A stretch of DNA of 64,000 bases from assembly GCA_016741995.1 (NCBI GenBank), contig JACVCO010000018.1, forward strand, positions 22,562 to 86,561. Direction: 5' to 3'. The position numbers were made by a program, and so were the translations under genes. The notes under the pieces were generated by a model that was given only the letters and a program-made list of their open reading frames with translations, was not told where the DNA came from and did no database searches. This document shows positions 17,034 to 28,046 of the stretch, in pieces (the first letter of the stretch is position 1; each line of letters starts with the position of its first letter). The DNA comes from Hydrogenophaga sp. Lineage in GTDB: Bacteria > Pseudomonadota > Gammaproteobacteria > Burkholderiales > Burkholderiaceae_C.

Positions 17034-18638
17034 TCAGAACCCCACCGCCTGCCCGTCGCGCCGCGAGTCGCTCGCGGCCACGTAGCCGTCTTCGATGTCG
17101 CCACCCTGGCGCGCGATGAACTGGCCGCTGCCGAAGTCGAGGTAGCTGTCGGCCGCCGGCTCGAAGCGGTGGCCCAGGGCCTTGAGGCCTTCGCGCAGCG
17201 CGGGGGCCATGGTGGGCTCGAAGTCCACGTCCAGGCCCTTGCCCCATTTCCAGCGCGGCGCGTCGCACGCGGCCTGCGGCTGCTGGCCGTGCACGAGCAT
17301 GCGCACCAGCGTCTGCACGTGGCCTTGCGGTTGCATGTTGGCGCCCATCACGCCGAAGCCCATCACCGGTTGGCCGTTGCGGCTGAGGAAGCCCGGGATG
17401 ATGGTGTGGAAGGGTCGCTTGCCGGGCGCCACCTGGTTGGGGTGGCCGTCCTGCAGGGTGAAGCCGTGGCCGCGGTTTTGCAGGCTGATGCCCCAGCCCG
17501 GTACCACCACGCCGCTGCCGAAGCCCAGGTAGTTGCTCTGGATGAAGCTGACCATGCGGCCTTGCGCGTCGGCGGTGGTGAGGTACACCGTGCCGCCTTG
17601 CGGCGCGCGGCCCGGGCCGGGGTCGATGGCGCGCTTCGGGTCGATGAGGCGCGCGCGCTCGCGCAGGTAGGCGGGGTCGAGCAGGTCTTTCGCGCGCACC
17701 TCGGTCATGAAGCGCTCGTCGGCCACCCAGCGGTAGGTGTCGGCGAAGGCGAGCTTGATGGCCTCGATCTGCAGGTGCGTGCCTTCGATGCTGTCGGGCC
17801 CGAAGCGGTCGATGTCCAACTGTTCGAGCATGCCCAGCGCCATGAGCGCGGCGATGCCCTGGCCGTTGGGTGGCAGCTCGTGCACGGTGTGGCCGGCGAA
17901 GGGGGTGTCGATGGGGGGTGCCCACAGCACCTCGTGCGCGGCGAGGTCGCTCGCGCGCAGTTGCGCGCCATGTTCGCGCGCGTAGGCCTCGATGGCGTGT
18001 GCGATTTCGCCGCGGTAGAAGGCTTCGCCGCGCGACTCGGCAATGGCGCGCAGGGCGCGGCCGGCGTCGGCGAAGACGAAACGCTCGCCGGCCACGGGGG
18101 CGCGCCCGCGCGGCAGGAAGGCCTGCGCGAAGCCGGGCTTGTCGTGCAGCAGCGGCATGGCGCGCGCCCACTTGTCGGCGATCACGGGCGCCACCGCGTG
18201 GCCGCGCTCGGCGAGCTCGATCGCGGGCTCCATGAGGTCGGCGAAGGGCAGGGCGCCGAAGCGTTCGGACAGCGCGGCCCAGCCGGCCACCGCGCCGGGC
18301 ACGGTCACGGCGTCGAAGCCGCGCAGCGGAATCTCACCGTGCTTGTCGCGAAAGTACGCCGGGCTCCAGCCCGCGGGCGCCACGCCCGACGAGTTCATGC
18401 CGTGCAGGCCCTTGCCGTCCCACACGATGGCGAAGTTGTCGCTGCCCAGGCCGTTGGAGCAGGGCTCCACCACGGTGAGTGCGGCGGCTGCGGCGATGGC
18501 CGCGTCGATGGCGTTGCCGCCCTTGAGCAGCATGCGCAACCCGGCCTGCGCCGCCAGCGGCTGCGAGGTGGCGACCACGTTGCGCGCCATGAGCGGCGCG
18601 CGCGAGACGGGATAGGGGTTGTGCCAGTCCTTGAACAT
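17034..18638 (-). CDS. ggt: Gamma-glutamyltransferase family Ntn hydrolase (cytoplasmic, YwrD/HpxW-like)
   Basis: GGNAIDAAIA, NGLGSD, TVPGAV, nucleophile in GGTVYL, SFIQSNY.GFGSG, PFHTIIP. No signal peptide. Confidence 0.88.
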   Translation of the reverse strand: MFKDWHNPYPVSRAPLMARNVVATSQPLAAQAGLRMLLKGGNAIDAAIAAAAALTVVEPCSNGLGSDNFAIVWDGKGLHGMNSSGVAPAGWSPAYFRDKHGEIPLRGFDAVTVPGAVAGWAALSERFGALPFADLMEPAIELAERGHAVAPVIADKWARAMPLLHDKPGFAQAFLPRGRAPVAGERFVFADAGRALRAIAESRGEAFYRGEIAHAIEAYAREHGAQLRASDLAAHEVLWAPPIDTPFAGHTVHELPPNGQGIAALMALGMLEQLDIDRFGPDSIEGTHLQIEAIKLAFADTYRWVADERFMTEVRAKDLLDPAYLRERARLIDPKRAIDPGPGRAPQGGTVYLTTADAQGRMVSFIQSNYLGFGSGVVVPGWGISLQNRGHGFTLQDGHPNQVAPGKRPFHTIIPGFLSRNGQPVMGFGVMGANMQPQGHVQTLVRMLVHGQQPQAACDAPRWKWGKGLDVDFEPTMAPALREGLKALGHRFEPAADSYLDFGSGQFIARQGGDIEDGYVAASDSRRDGQAVGF

Positions 18639-18646
18639 CGGGGGCG

Positions 18647-20125
18647 TCACTTGAGGACATCCCCCACGCACAGGTACTTGATCTCGACGTAGTCGTCCAT
18701 GCCGTGGTGCGAGCCTTCGCGGCCCAGGCCCGATTGCTTCACGCCGCCGAAGGGCACGTGCTCGGTGGCCAGGATGCCCACGTTGATGCCCACCATGCCG
18801 TACTCCAGCGCCTCGCTCACGCGGAAGATGCGGCCCACGTCGCGGCTGTAGAAATAGCTGGCGAGGCCGAACTCGGTGTTGTTTGCGGCGTCGATGGCTT
18901 CTTGCTCGGTGCTGAACTTGAACACCGGCGCGAACGGGCCGAAGGTTTCCTCGCGCGCGCACAGCATGTCGGGCGTGGCGTTGGCCACCACGGTGGGCTC
19001 GAAGAACTGGCCCTGCAGCTTCTTGCCGCCGGCCACCACGGTGCCGCCCTTGGCCACGGCGTCGGCCACGTGGCGCTGCACCTTTTCCACCGCCGCGTCT
19101 TCGATCAGCGGGCCCTGCACCACGCCGTCTTCAAAGCCGTTGCCGACCTTGAACGCCTTCACTCTGGCGGCGAACTTCTGCACGAACTGGTCGTACACGC
19201 CGGCCTGCACGTAGAAGCGGTTGGCGCAGACGCAGGTCTGGCCCGCGTTGCGGTACTTGCTGGCCAGCGCGCCTTCCACGGCCGAGTCGATGTCGGCGTC
19301 GTCGAAGACGATGAAGGGGGCGTTGCCACCGAGCTCCAGCGCCAGCTTCTTCACCGTGGGCGCGCACTGCGCCATGAGGATGCGGCCCACCTCGGTGGAA
19401 CCCGTGAAGCTCAGGTGGCGCACCGTGTCGCTGGCGCACAGCACCTTGCCCACGGCAATGCTCTGCTGCGAATCGGCGGTGATCACGTTGAGCACACCGG
19501 CCGGAATGCCCGCGCGCACGGCCAGCTCGGCCGCGGCCAGGGCGGTGAGCGGGGTGAGTTCGGCCGGCTTGATGACCACCGGGCAGCCCGCGGCCAGCGC
19601 CGGCGCCACCTTGCGCGTGATCATGGCGAGCGGGAAGTTCCAGGGCGTGATGGCCGCGCACACGCCGATGGGCTGCTTGAGCACCAGCAGGCGGCGGTTG
19701 TTATCGAAGGTGGGCAGGGTTTCGCCGTTGACGCGCTTGGCCTCTTCGGCAAACCACTCCACGAAGCTCGCGCCGTAGGCGATCTCGCCCTTGCCTTCGG
19801 CAAAGGGCTTGCCCTGCTCGGCGGTGAGGATGCGGCCCAGGTCCTCCTGGTTGGCCATCAGCAGGTCGTACCACTTGCGCAGGATGTTGGCGCGCTCCTT
19901 GGCGGTCTTGGCGCGCCACGCGGGCCAGGCCTTGTCGGCCGCGGCGATGGCGGCCTCGGCATCGGCCGGGCCCAGGTTGGCCACGTCGGCCAGTTTCAGG
20001 CCGGTGGCGGGGTCGTTCACGTCGAAGCGGGCGCCGCCCTTGACCCACTGGCCATTGATCAGGCCATCGGTCTTGAGCAGGCTCGGGTCGTTCAGCTGGG
20101 CCAGGGGGGAGGTTTTCATGTCCAT
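18647..20125 (-). CDS. gabD: NAD(P)-dependent succinate-semialdehyde dehydrogenase
   Basis: ITPWNFP, FTGSTEVG, LELGGNAP, RNAGQTCVCANR, EETFGP, GGVKQSGLGREGS. Confidence 0.92.
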   Translation of the reverse strand: MDMKTSPLAQLNDPSLLKTDGLINGQWVKGGARFDVNDPATGLKLADVANLGPADAEAAIAAADKAWPAWRAKTAKERANILRKWYDLLMANQEDLGRILTAEQGKPFAEGKGEIAYGASFVEWFAEEAKRVNGETLPTFDNNRRLLVLKQPIGVCAAITPWNFPLAMITRKVAPALAAGCPVVIKPAELTPLTALAAAELAVRAGIPAGVLNVITADSQQSIAVGKVLCASDTVRHLSFTGSTEVGRILMAQCAPTVKKLALELGGNAPFIVFDDADIDSAVEGALASKYRNAGQTCVCANRFYVQAGVYDQFVQKFAARVKAFKVGNGFEDGVVQGPLIEDAAVEKVQRHVADAVAKGGTVVAGGKKLQGQFFEPTVVANATPDMLCAREETFGPFAPVFKFSTEQEAIDAANNTEFGLASYFYSRDVGRIFRVSEALEYGMVGINVGILATEHVPFGGVKQSGLGREGSHHGMDDYVEIKYLCVGDVLK

Positions 20126-20315
20126 CGCGCGTCTCCGTGGGTGTTCGGTGGCAGGCGGTACGCCTGTGCAACGGCGAAGGATAGCCCTTTGCCCGGGCGG
20201 GCGCGGTGCCGCCCGCCCCATACCCGGACGCACCACCGCGACATGAACGAAAATGGCGGGCTTGCGCCGGGCCGCCCCCCGGCGCCCGACCGTTTCCACC
20301 GACACCAAGGCCCCC

Positions 20316-22937
<2,622 letters not shown>

Positions 22938-22953
22938 GCCCGCCCGAGCCGGC

Positions 22954-24177
22954 TCAGGCCGTGGCCTGAGCCACCACCCCTTCGGCAATCAGCCCGTCGA
23001 TCTCCTCGTCACCGTAGCCGGCTTCGCGCAGCAGTTCGCGCGTGTGCTGCCCCAGCAAGGGCGCGGGCGTGCTCGCCGGTGTGGGCGTGGCGCTGAAGTG
23101 GATGGGGCAGCCCACGGCGCGCGTGGGGCCGGCCTGCGGGTGCACCGTCTCCACCACCATGCCACGCGCCAGGGTCTGCGGGTGGCTCAGGGCCTCGCCG
23201 ATGCTGTGCACCGGGCCCGCGGGCACGCCCGCGGCGTCGAAGGCGGCCTGCCAGTCGGCGCGGCGGCGTTGGCCCAGCACCCCGTTCATCAACGCCACCA
23301 GCTCGGTCAGGTGCTGCATGCGGTCGCTGTTGGTGCGAAAGCGCGGGTCCTCGCGCCACTCGGGGTGGCCCAGCACATCGCAGATGCGTTCCCAGTTGGC
23401 CTGGTTGGCGCCGCCGATGTTGATCCAGCCGTCGCTGGCTTCGAAGGCCTGGTAGGGCGCGGTCAGGATGTGGGCCGACCCGGTGGGTTGGGGCGAACGC
23501 TGCGTGGCGAACCACACCGCGGCGTGCCAGTAGGTCTGCTGCAGCGCGGCGTCGGCCAGCGAGGTGTCGACGAGCTGCCCCTGGCCGGTCTTGAGGCGGT
23601 GGATGTAGGCGGCCAGGATGCCCACGGTGGCCAGGATGCCGGCGTTCATGTCCGACACCGCGTTGCCGCCCTTCGCCGGGGGGCGGCCGGGCTCGCCGGT
23701 GACCGACATCAGCCCCGAGAAGCCCTGGGCGATGAGGTCGAAACCGCCTTTGTCGGCCAGCGGGCCGGTGCGGCCGTAGCCGGTGATGGCGCAGTAGATG
23801 AGCGCGGGGTTGATGGCGGCCAGGGCTTCGTGGCCCAGGCCCAGCTTGTCCATGGTGCCCAGGCGGAAGTTCTCCACCAGCACGTCGGCGTCCTTCACCA
23901 GCCGGCGCAGCAGCTCGCGCCCGCGCTCGTGCTTCAGGTTGAGCGCCATGCCGCGCTTGTGGCGGTTGAGCATCATGAAGGGGGCCGACACGCCATGGAT
24001 CTGCGGATCGCGGTAGCCGCGCGAGTCGTCGCCACCGGGCAGCTTCTCGATCTTGATCACCTCGGCGCCCAGGTCGGCCAGCAGCAGGCCGCAGGTGGGG
24101 CCCGACATGATCTGGCTGAGCTCGAGCACGCGCAGGCCGGCCAGCGGGCCGGTGCTCTCAGGCCGGTTCATGCTCAC
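22954..24177 (-). CDS. CaiB/BaiF family III CoA-transferase
   Basis: PLAGLRVLEL, LADLGAEVIKIE, DVLVENFR, GFDLIAQ, catalytic Asp in VSDMNAG, PLLGQHT. Confidence 0.92.
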   Translation of the reverse strand: MSMNRPESTGPLAGLRVLELSQIMSGPTCGLLLADLGAEVIKIEKLPGGDDSRGYRDPQIHGVSAPFMMLNRHKRGMALNLKHERGRELLRRLVKDADVLVENFRLGTMDKLGLGHEALAAINPALIYCAITGYGRTGPLADKGGFDLIAQGFSGLMSVTGEPGRPPAKGGNAVSDMNAGILATVGILAAYIHRLKTGQGQLVDTSLADAALQQTYWHAAVWFATQRSPQPTGSAHILTAPYQAFEASDGWINIGGANQANWERICDVLGHPEWREDPRFRTNSDRMQHLTELVALMNGVLGQRRRADWQAAFDAAGVPAGPVHSIGEALSHPQTLARGMVVETVHPQAGPTRAVGCPIHFSATPTPASTPAPLLGQHTRELLREAGYGDEEIDGLIAEGVVAQATA

Positions 24178-24953
24178 CGTCCCTTCCAGTTCGGGGGGCG
24201 CTTCTCGACGAAGGCGCGAACGCCTTCATGGAAATCGGCGCTGCCATACACCTCGCGGATCAGGTCTTCGCCCTCGGGCAGTTCGTGCACCACCAGGCGC
24301 TGCAGCGCGGCCTTGCTGACGCGCTGCGTCACCGGCGCCAGCGCGGCCAGGCGTTGCGCCAAGGCGGTGCCGGCGTCGCCCAGGGCCTCGGGGGCCACCA
24401 CGTCGAGCAGGAAACCGGCGGCACGCGCTTCCTCGGCGTCCGGCATCTCGGCCAGCAGCAGCATGCGGCGCACGCGCTCGTGGCCCCAGGCGGCGCGCAG
24501 CCGCGCGATGTTGGCGATCGACAGGCCGTTGCCGAGCGTGCGCGCGATCGGCACGCCGAAGCGGGTGCCCGGCGTGGCGAGCCGGAAGTCGCAGGCGGTG
24601 GCGATGGCCAGGCCACCGCCCACCGCCCAGCCTTCCACCAGGGCCACCGTGGGCATGGGCAGGCTGGCCAGCTGCGCGATGCCGGCATCGATCCGGCGCT
24701 CGTAGGCCACGCCATCCTCGCCATCGCGGAAGTCGGCGAACTGCGCGATGTCGGTGCCGGCCACGAAGGCCTGCCCACCGGCACCGCGAAACACCACGGC
24801 GCGCACGCTGCCATCGCCGGCGAGACGTTCGCACACCTCGGCCAGCTGTGTGTACATGCCCCAGGTCATGGCGTTGCGCGCCTGGGGGCGGTCGAACAGC
24901 ACCGAGGCAATGCCTGCCTCGATGCTCAGTCGGAGCTGTCCGGCGTCGCTCAT
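24174..24953 (-). CDS. Enoyl-CoA hydratase/isomerase (crotonase) family protein
   Basis: RPQARNA, AFVAGTDI, AVGGG..A.ACD.R, DFHEGVRAFVEKRPP.W.G. Confidence 0.9.
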   Translation of the reverse strand: MSDAGQLRLSIEAGIASVLFDRPQARNAMTWGMYTQLAEVCERLAGDGSVRAVVFRGAGGQAFVAGTDIAQFADFRDGEDGVAYERRIDAGIAQLASLPMPTVALVEGWAVGGGLAIATACDFRLATPGTRFGVPIARTLGNGLSIANIARLRAAWGHERVRRMLLLAEMPDAEEARAAGFLLDVVAPEALGDAGTALAQRLAALAPVTQRVSKAALQRLVVHELPEGEDLIREVYGSADFHEGVRAFVEKRPPNWKGR

Positions 24954-24960
24954 GCCGGGG

Positions 24961-25941
24961 TCAGCTGTCCACTTTGACGTTGGCGTCCTTGATGACCTTG
25001 CCCCACTTCTGCTGCTCGGTGCGGATGAAGTCGGCGAACTGCTGGGCCGTGCCGCCGCCGTCCTCGGCGCCGTACTGGTCGAGCTTCTCCTTCACGTCGG
25101 GCATGGCCAGCACCTTGTTGATGTCTTCGTTCATGCGCTGCGTCATGGCCGGCGGCAGCTTGCCCGGGCCCACCAGGCCGTACCAGGTGGTGGCCTCGAA
25201 GCCGGGGTAGCCCGATTCGGCCATCGTCGGCACCGTGGGGTGGCCCGCGGCGCGCTTGGCGCGCGTCTGTGCCAGCGCACGCACCTTGCCGCTTTTCACG
25301 TGCGGCGTGGCGGCGGTCATCGTGTCGAACGAGAAGCCGATCTGCCCGCCCATGAGGTCGGCCAGCATGGGGCCGGAGCCGCGGTAGGGGATGTGCAGCG
25401 CGTCCACGCCGGCGGCCAGCTTGAACGACTCCAGCGCCAGGTGCTGTGCCGAGCCCTGGCCGGCCGAGCCGAAGGTGACCTTGCCCGGTGTGGCCTTGCA
25501 CAGCGCGACCAGGTCGGCCACGGTGTTCACCGGCTGGTTGAGGTTGCCGATCAGCAGGTTGGGCGTGACACCCACCAGCGTGAGCGGCGTGAAGTCGCGT
25601 TCCACGACGTAGGGCATGCGCGGCATCAGGCCCGGGGCGATGGCGTGGCTGTTGATGTGCGCCATCAGCAAGGTGTTGCCGTCGGCCGGGGCCTTGGCCA
25701 CCAGGTCGGCGGCGATCACGCCGGCCGCACCCGCGCGGTTTTCCACCACGATGGTCACGCCCCACATGCCTTGCAGCTTCTCGGCCACGATGCGCGCCAG
25801 CACATCGGTGCCGCCGCCGGGCGCGAAGCCCACCACGATGCGCACCGGCCCGTTGGGCAGGGTCTGCGCGTGCAGCAGGGTGGGGACCGCCAGGGTGGCC
25901 GCGGTGGCCGCCGAGGCGGTGACGAAGGTTCTGCGTTTCAT
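24961..25941 (-). CDS. Bug/TctC substrate-binding protein
   Basis: MKRRTF signal, IVVGFAPGGGTD, ENRAGA, HIPYRGSGP, PTMAESG. ATG at 25941 after GGAG. Confidence 0.92.
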   Translation of the reverse strand: MKRRTFVTASAATAATLAVPTLLHAQTLPNGPVRIVVGFAPGGGTDVLARIVAEKLQGMWGVTIVVENRAGAAGVIAADLVAKAPADGNTLLMAHINSHAIAPGLMPRMPYVVERDFTPLTLVGVTPNLLIGNLNQPVNTVADLVALCKATPGKVTFGSAGQGSAQHLALESFKLAAGVDALHIPYRGSGPMLADLMGGQIGFSFDTMTAATPHVKSGKVRALAQTRAKRAAGHPTVPTMAESGYPGFEATTWYGLVGPGKLPPAMTQRMNEDINKVLAMPDVKEKLDQYGAEDGGGTAQQFADFIRTEQQKWGKVIKDANVKVDS

Positions 25942-26009
25942 CTTGTCTCCTGTGTGGTTGATGTGGTCATGGAACGCGCGGGGGAACGGGAAGCGGGAAC
26001 GTCGGGTCG

Positions 26010-27245
26010 TCAGGCGGCCTTTCGCAGTGCCACGGTGGGCGGGTGGCTGCTGAAGTGGTCCATGGCAGCCTGCACGCCCGAGCCGGCCAGCTTGACGCCG
26101 GCGAGCTTGAGACCCATCTCGCAGCCGGCCACGGCGGCCAGCAGCGTGAGGTCGTTGGTGTCGCCCAGGTGGCCGATGCGGAACATGCGGCCCTTGATCT
26201 TGCCCAGGCCGGTGCCCAGCGAGCAGTCGAAGCGCTCGTAGATCACCTGGCGCACGGCGTCGGCGTCCACGCCCACGGGGGTCATCACGCCGGTGAGGCT
26301 GGGCGAGTACACGGCGGCGTCGCCGCACTGGATGGGCAGGCCCCAGGCCTGCACCGCGGCGCGCACGCCGGCGGCCCAGCGCTGGTGGCGCGCGAACACC
26401 ACGTCCAGGCCCTGGCCCAGGATCATGTCGGCCGCCTCGCTCAGGCCGTAGAGCAGGTTGGTGTTGGGCGTGGACGGCCAGTAGCCGGTCTTGTTCATCT
26501 CGATCATCTCGTCCCAGGCCCAGAAGGCCTTGGGCAGCCGCGCGGTCTTGCCGGCTTCGATGGCCTTGGGCGAGAGCGCGTTGAAGCTGATGCCGGGCGG
26601 CAGCATCAGCCCCTTCTGCGAGCCGCTGATGGCGACGTCGACACCCCACTCGTCGTGGCGGAAGTCGGCGCTGGCCAGGCCCGAGATGGTGTCCACCAGC
26701 AGCAGCGCGGGGTGCCGCGCGGCGTCGATGGCGCGGCGCACGGCGGCGATGTCGCTGGTCACGCCGGTCGAGGTTTCGTTGTGCACCACGCAGACGGCGC
26801 GGATGCGGTGCTGGCTGTCGGCGCGCAGCCGCTCTTCGATGAGATCGGCCTGCACGCCGTGGCGCCAGCTTGCGGGCACGCCTTCCTCGGTGCCGGGTCT
26901 GGCGATCACCTCGGTCTGCAGGCCCAGGCGCGTGGCCAGCTTGTTCCAAAGGAAGGCGAAGTGCCCGGTCTCGTACATCAGCACGTGGTCGCCCGGGCTC
27001 AGCGTGTTGGACAACGCCGCCTCCCAGGCCCCCGTGCCCGAGGCCGGGTAGATCATGACCGGGTGGCGGGTCTTGAAGATCTTCTGCATGTCGGCCAGCA
27101 CCTTCAGGCCCAGGGCGCCGAACTCGGGGCCGCGGTGGTCAATGGTGGGCAGGCTCATGGCGCGCAGCACGCGATCGGGCACGGGCGAGGGCCCGGGGAT
27201 CTGCAGGAAGTGGCGGCCGGTGGGGTGGAAATCGGTGGTCAGCAT
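26010..27245 (-). CDS. Class V PLP aminotransferase (serine--glyoxylate / alanine--glyoxylate type)
   Basis: GRHFLQIPGP, DHRGPEF, SGTGAWE, HNETSTG, SQKG (PLP lysine), FRIGHLG. Confidence 0.9.
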   Translation of the reverse strand: MLTTDFHPTGRHFLQIPGPSPVPDRVLRAMSLPTIDHRGPEFGALGLKVLADMQKIFKTRHPVMIYPASGTGAWEAALSNTLSPGDHVLMYETGHFAFLWNKLATRLGLQTEVIARPGTEEGVPASWRHGVQADLIEERLRADSQHRIRAVCVVHNETSTGVTSDIAAVRRAIDAARHPALLLVDTISGLASADFRHDEWGVDVAISGSQKGLMLPPGISFNALSPKAIEAGKTARLPKAFWAWDEMIEMNKTGYWPSTPNTNLLYGLSEAADMILGQGLDVVFARHQRWAAGVRAAVQAWGLPIQCGDAAVYSPSLTGVMTPVGVDADAVRQVIYERFDCSLGTGLGKIKGRMFRIGHLGDTNDLTLLAAVAGCEMGLKLAGVKLAGSGVQAAMDHFSSHPPTVALRKAA

Positions 27246-27275
27246 GGCGGTCTTGGGGTGAAGAATCTCGCCATT

Positions 27276-27352
27276 TTTTGCATACAAAATTGGTTTGTCA
27301 ATCGGATCAAGGGGGTAGAATCCCTCGAATCGACGAAATTTTGAATACAAAA
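27276..27352. promoter_or_regulatory. Two GntR-type operators TTTTGCATACAAAA (27276-27289) and TTTTGAATACAAAA (27339-27352)
   Basis: Near-perfect 14-bp palindromes in the AT-rich divergent promoter; the second abuts the gntR start codon. Confidence 0.75.
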
Positions 27353-28045
27353 ATGACGGCTCAGATCCTGACCATGCAGCCCGCGGCCCTGCACGAGCAG
27401 GCCACCGCCCGGCTTCGGCAGATGCTGGTGGAGGGGCTGATCGCCCCCGGCGCCAAGCTCAACGAACGCGCCCTGTGCGAGCAGCTCAAGCTCTCGCGCA
27501 CCCCGCTGCGCGAAGCCATCAAGACCCTCGCTGCCGAAGGCCTGGTGGAGCTGGTACCCAACCGCGGCGCGGTGGCGCTGCAGCTCGACGAGGCCGCGGT
27601 GCTGGACACCTTCGAGGTCATGGCCGGGCTCGAGGGCCTGTCGGGCGAGCTCGCGGCGCAGCGCGTCACCCCCGAAGAGCTGGCCGAGATCGAGGCCATG
27701 CACTACGAGATGAAGGCCGCCTACACCCGGCGCGACCTGTCCACCTACTACCGCCTCAACGCCGCCATCCACCGCGCCATCAACGCGGCGGCGCGCAACC
27801 CGGTGCTGGCGGCCACCTACAACCAGGTCAACACGCGCCTGCAGGCGCTGCGCTTCCGCTCCAACCAGGACGGCGAGAAATGGACCCGCGCCATGCAGGA
27901 GCACGACCGCATGGTCGAGGCGCTCAAGCGCCGCGACGGCGCCGCGCTGCGCGAGGAGCTGGTGCGCCACCTGCAGCACAAGCGCGACGTGGTGATCGAA
28001 CAATTGCGTGCCGCGGCGGCCGTGGCCGGCACCGGAAAGGCCTGA
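27353..28045 (+). CDS. GntR/FadR family regulator (FCD domain)
   Basis: PGAKLNE..L...L..SRTPLREA...L..EGLV...PNRG; FCD motifs N..IH, NPVL, EH. Confidence 0.93.
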   Translation: MTAQILTMQPAALHEQATARLRQMLVEGLIAPGAKLNERALCEQLKLSRTPLREAIKTLAAEGLVELVPNRGAVALQLDEAAVLDTFEVMAGLEGLSGELAAQRVTPEELAEIEAMHYEMKAAYTRRDLSTYYRLNAAIHRAINAAARNPVLAATYNQVNTRLQALRFRSNQDGEKWTRAMQEHDRMVEALKRRDGAALREELVRHLQHKRDVVIEQLRAAAAVAGTGKA

Positions 28046-28046
28046 G

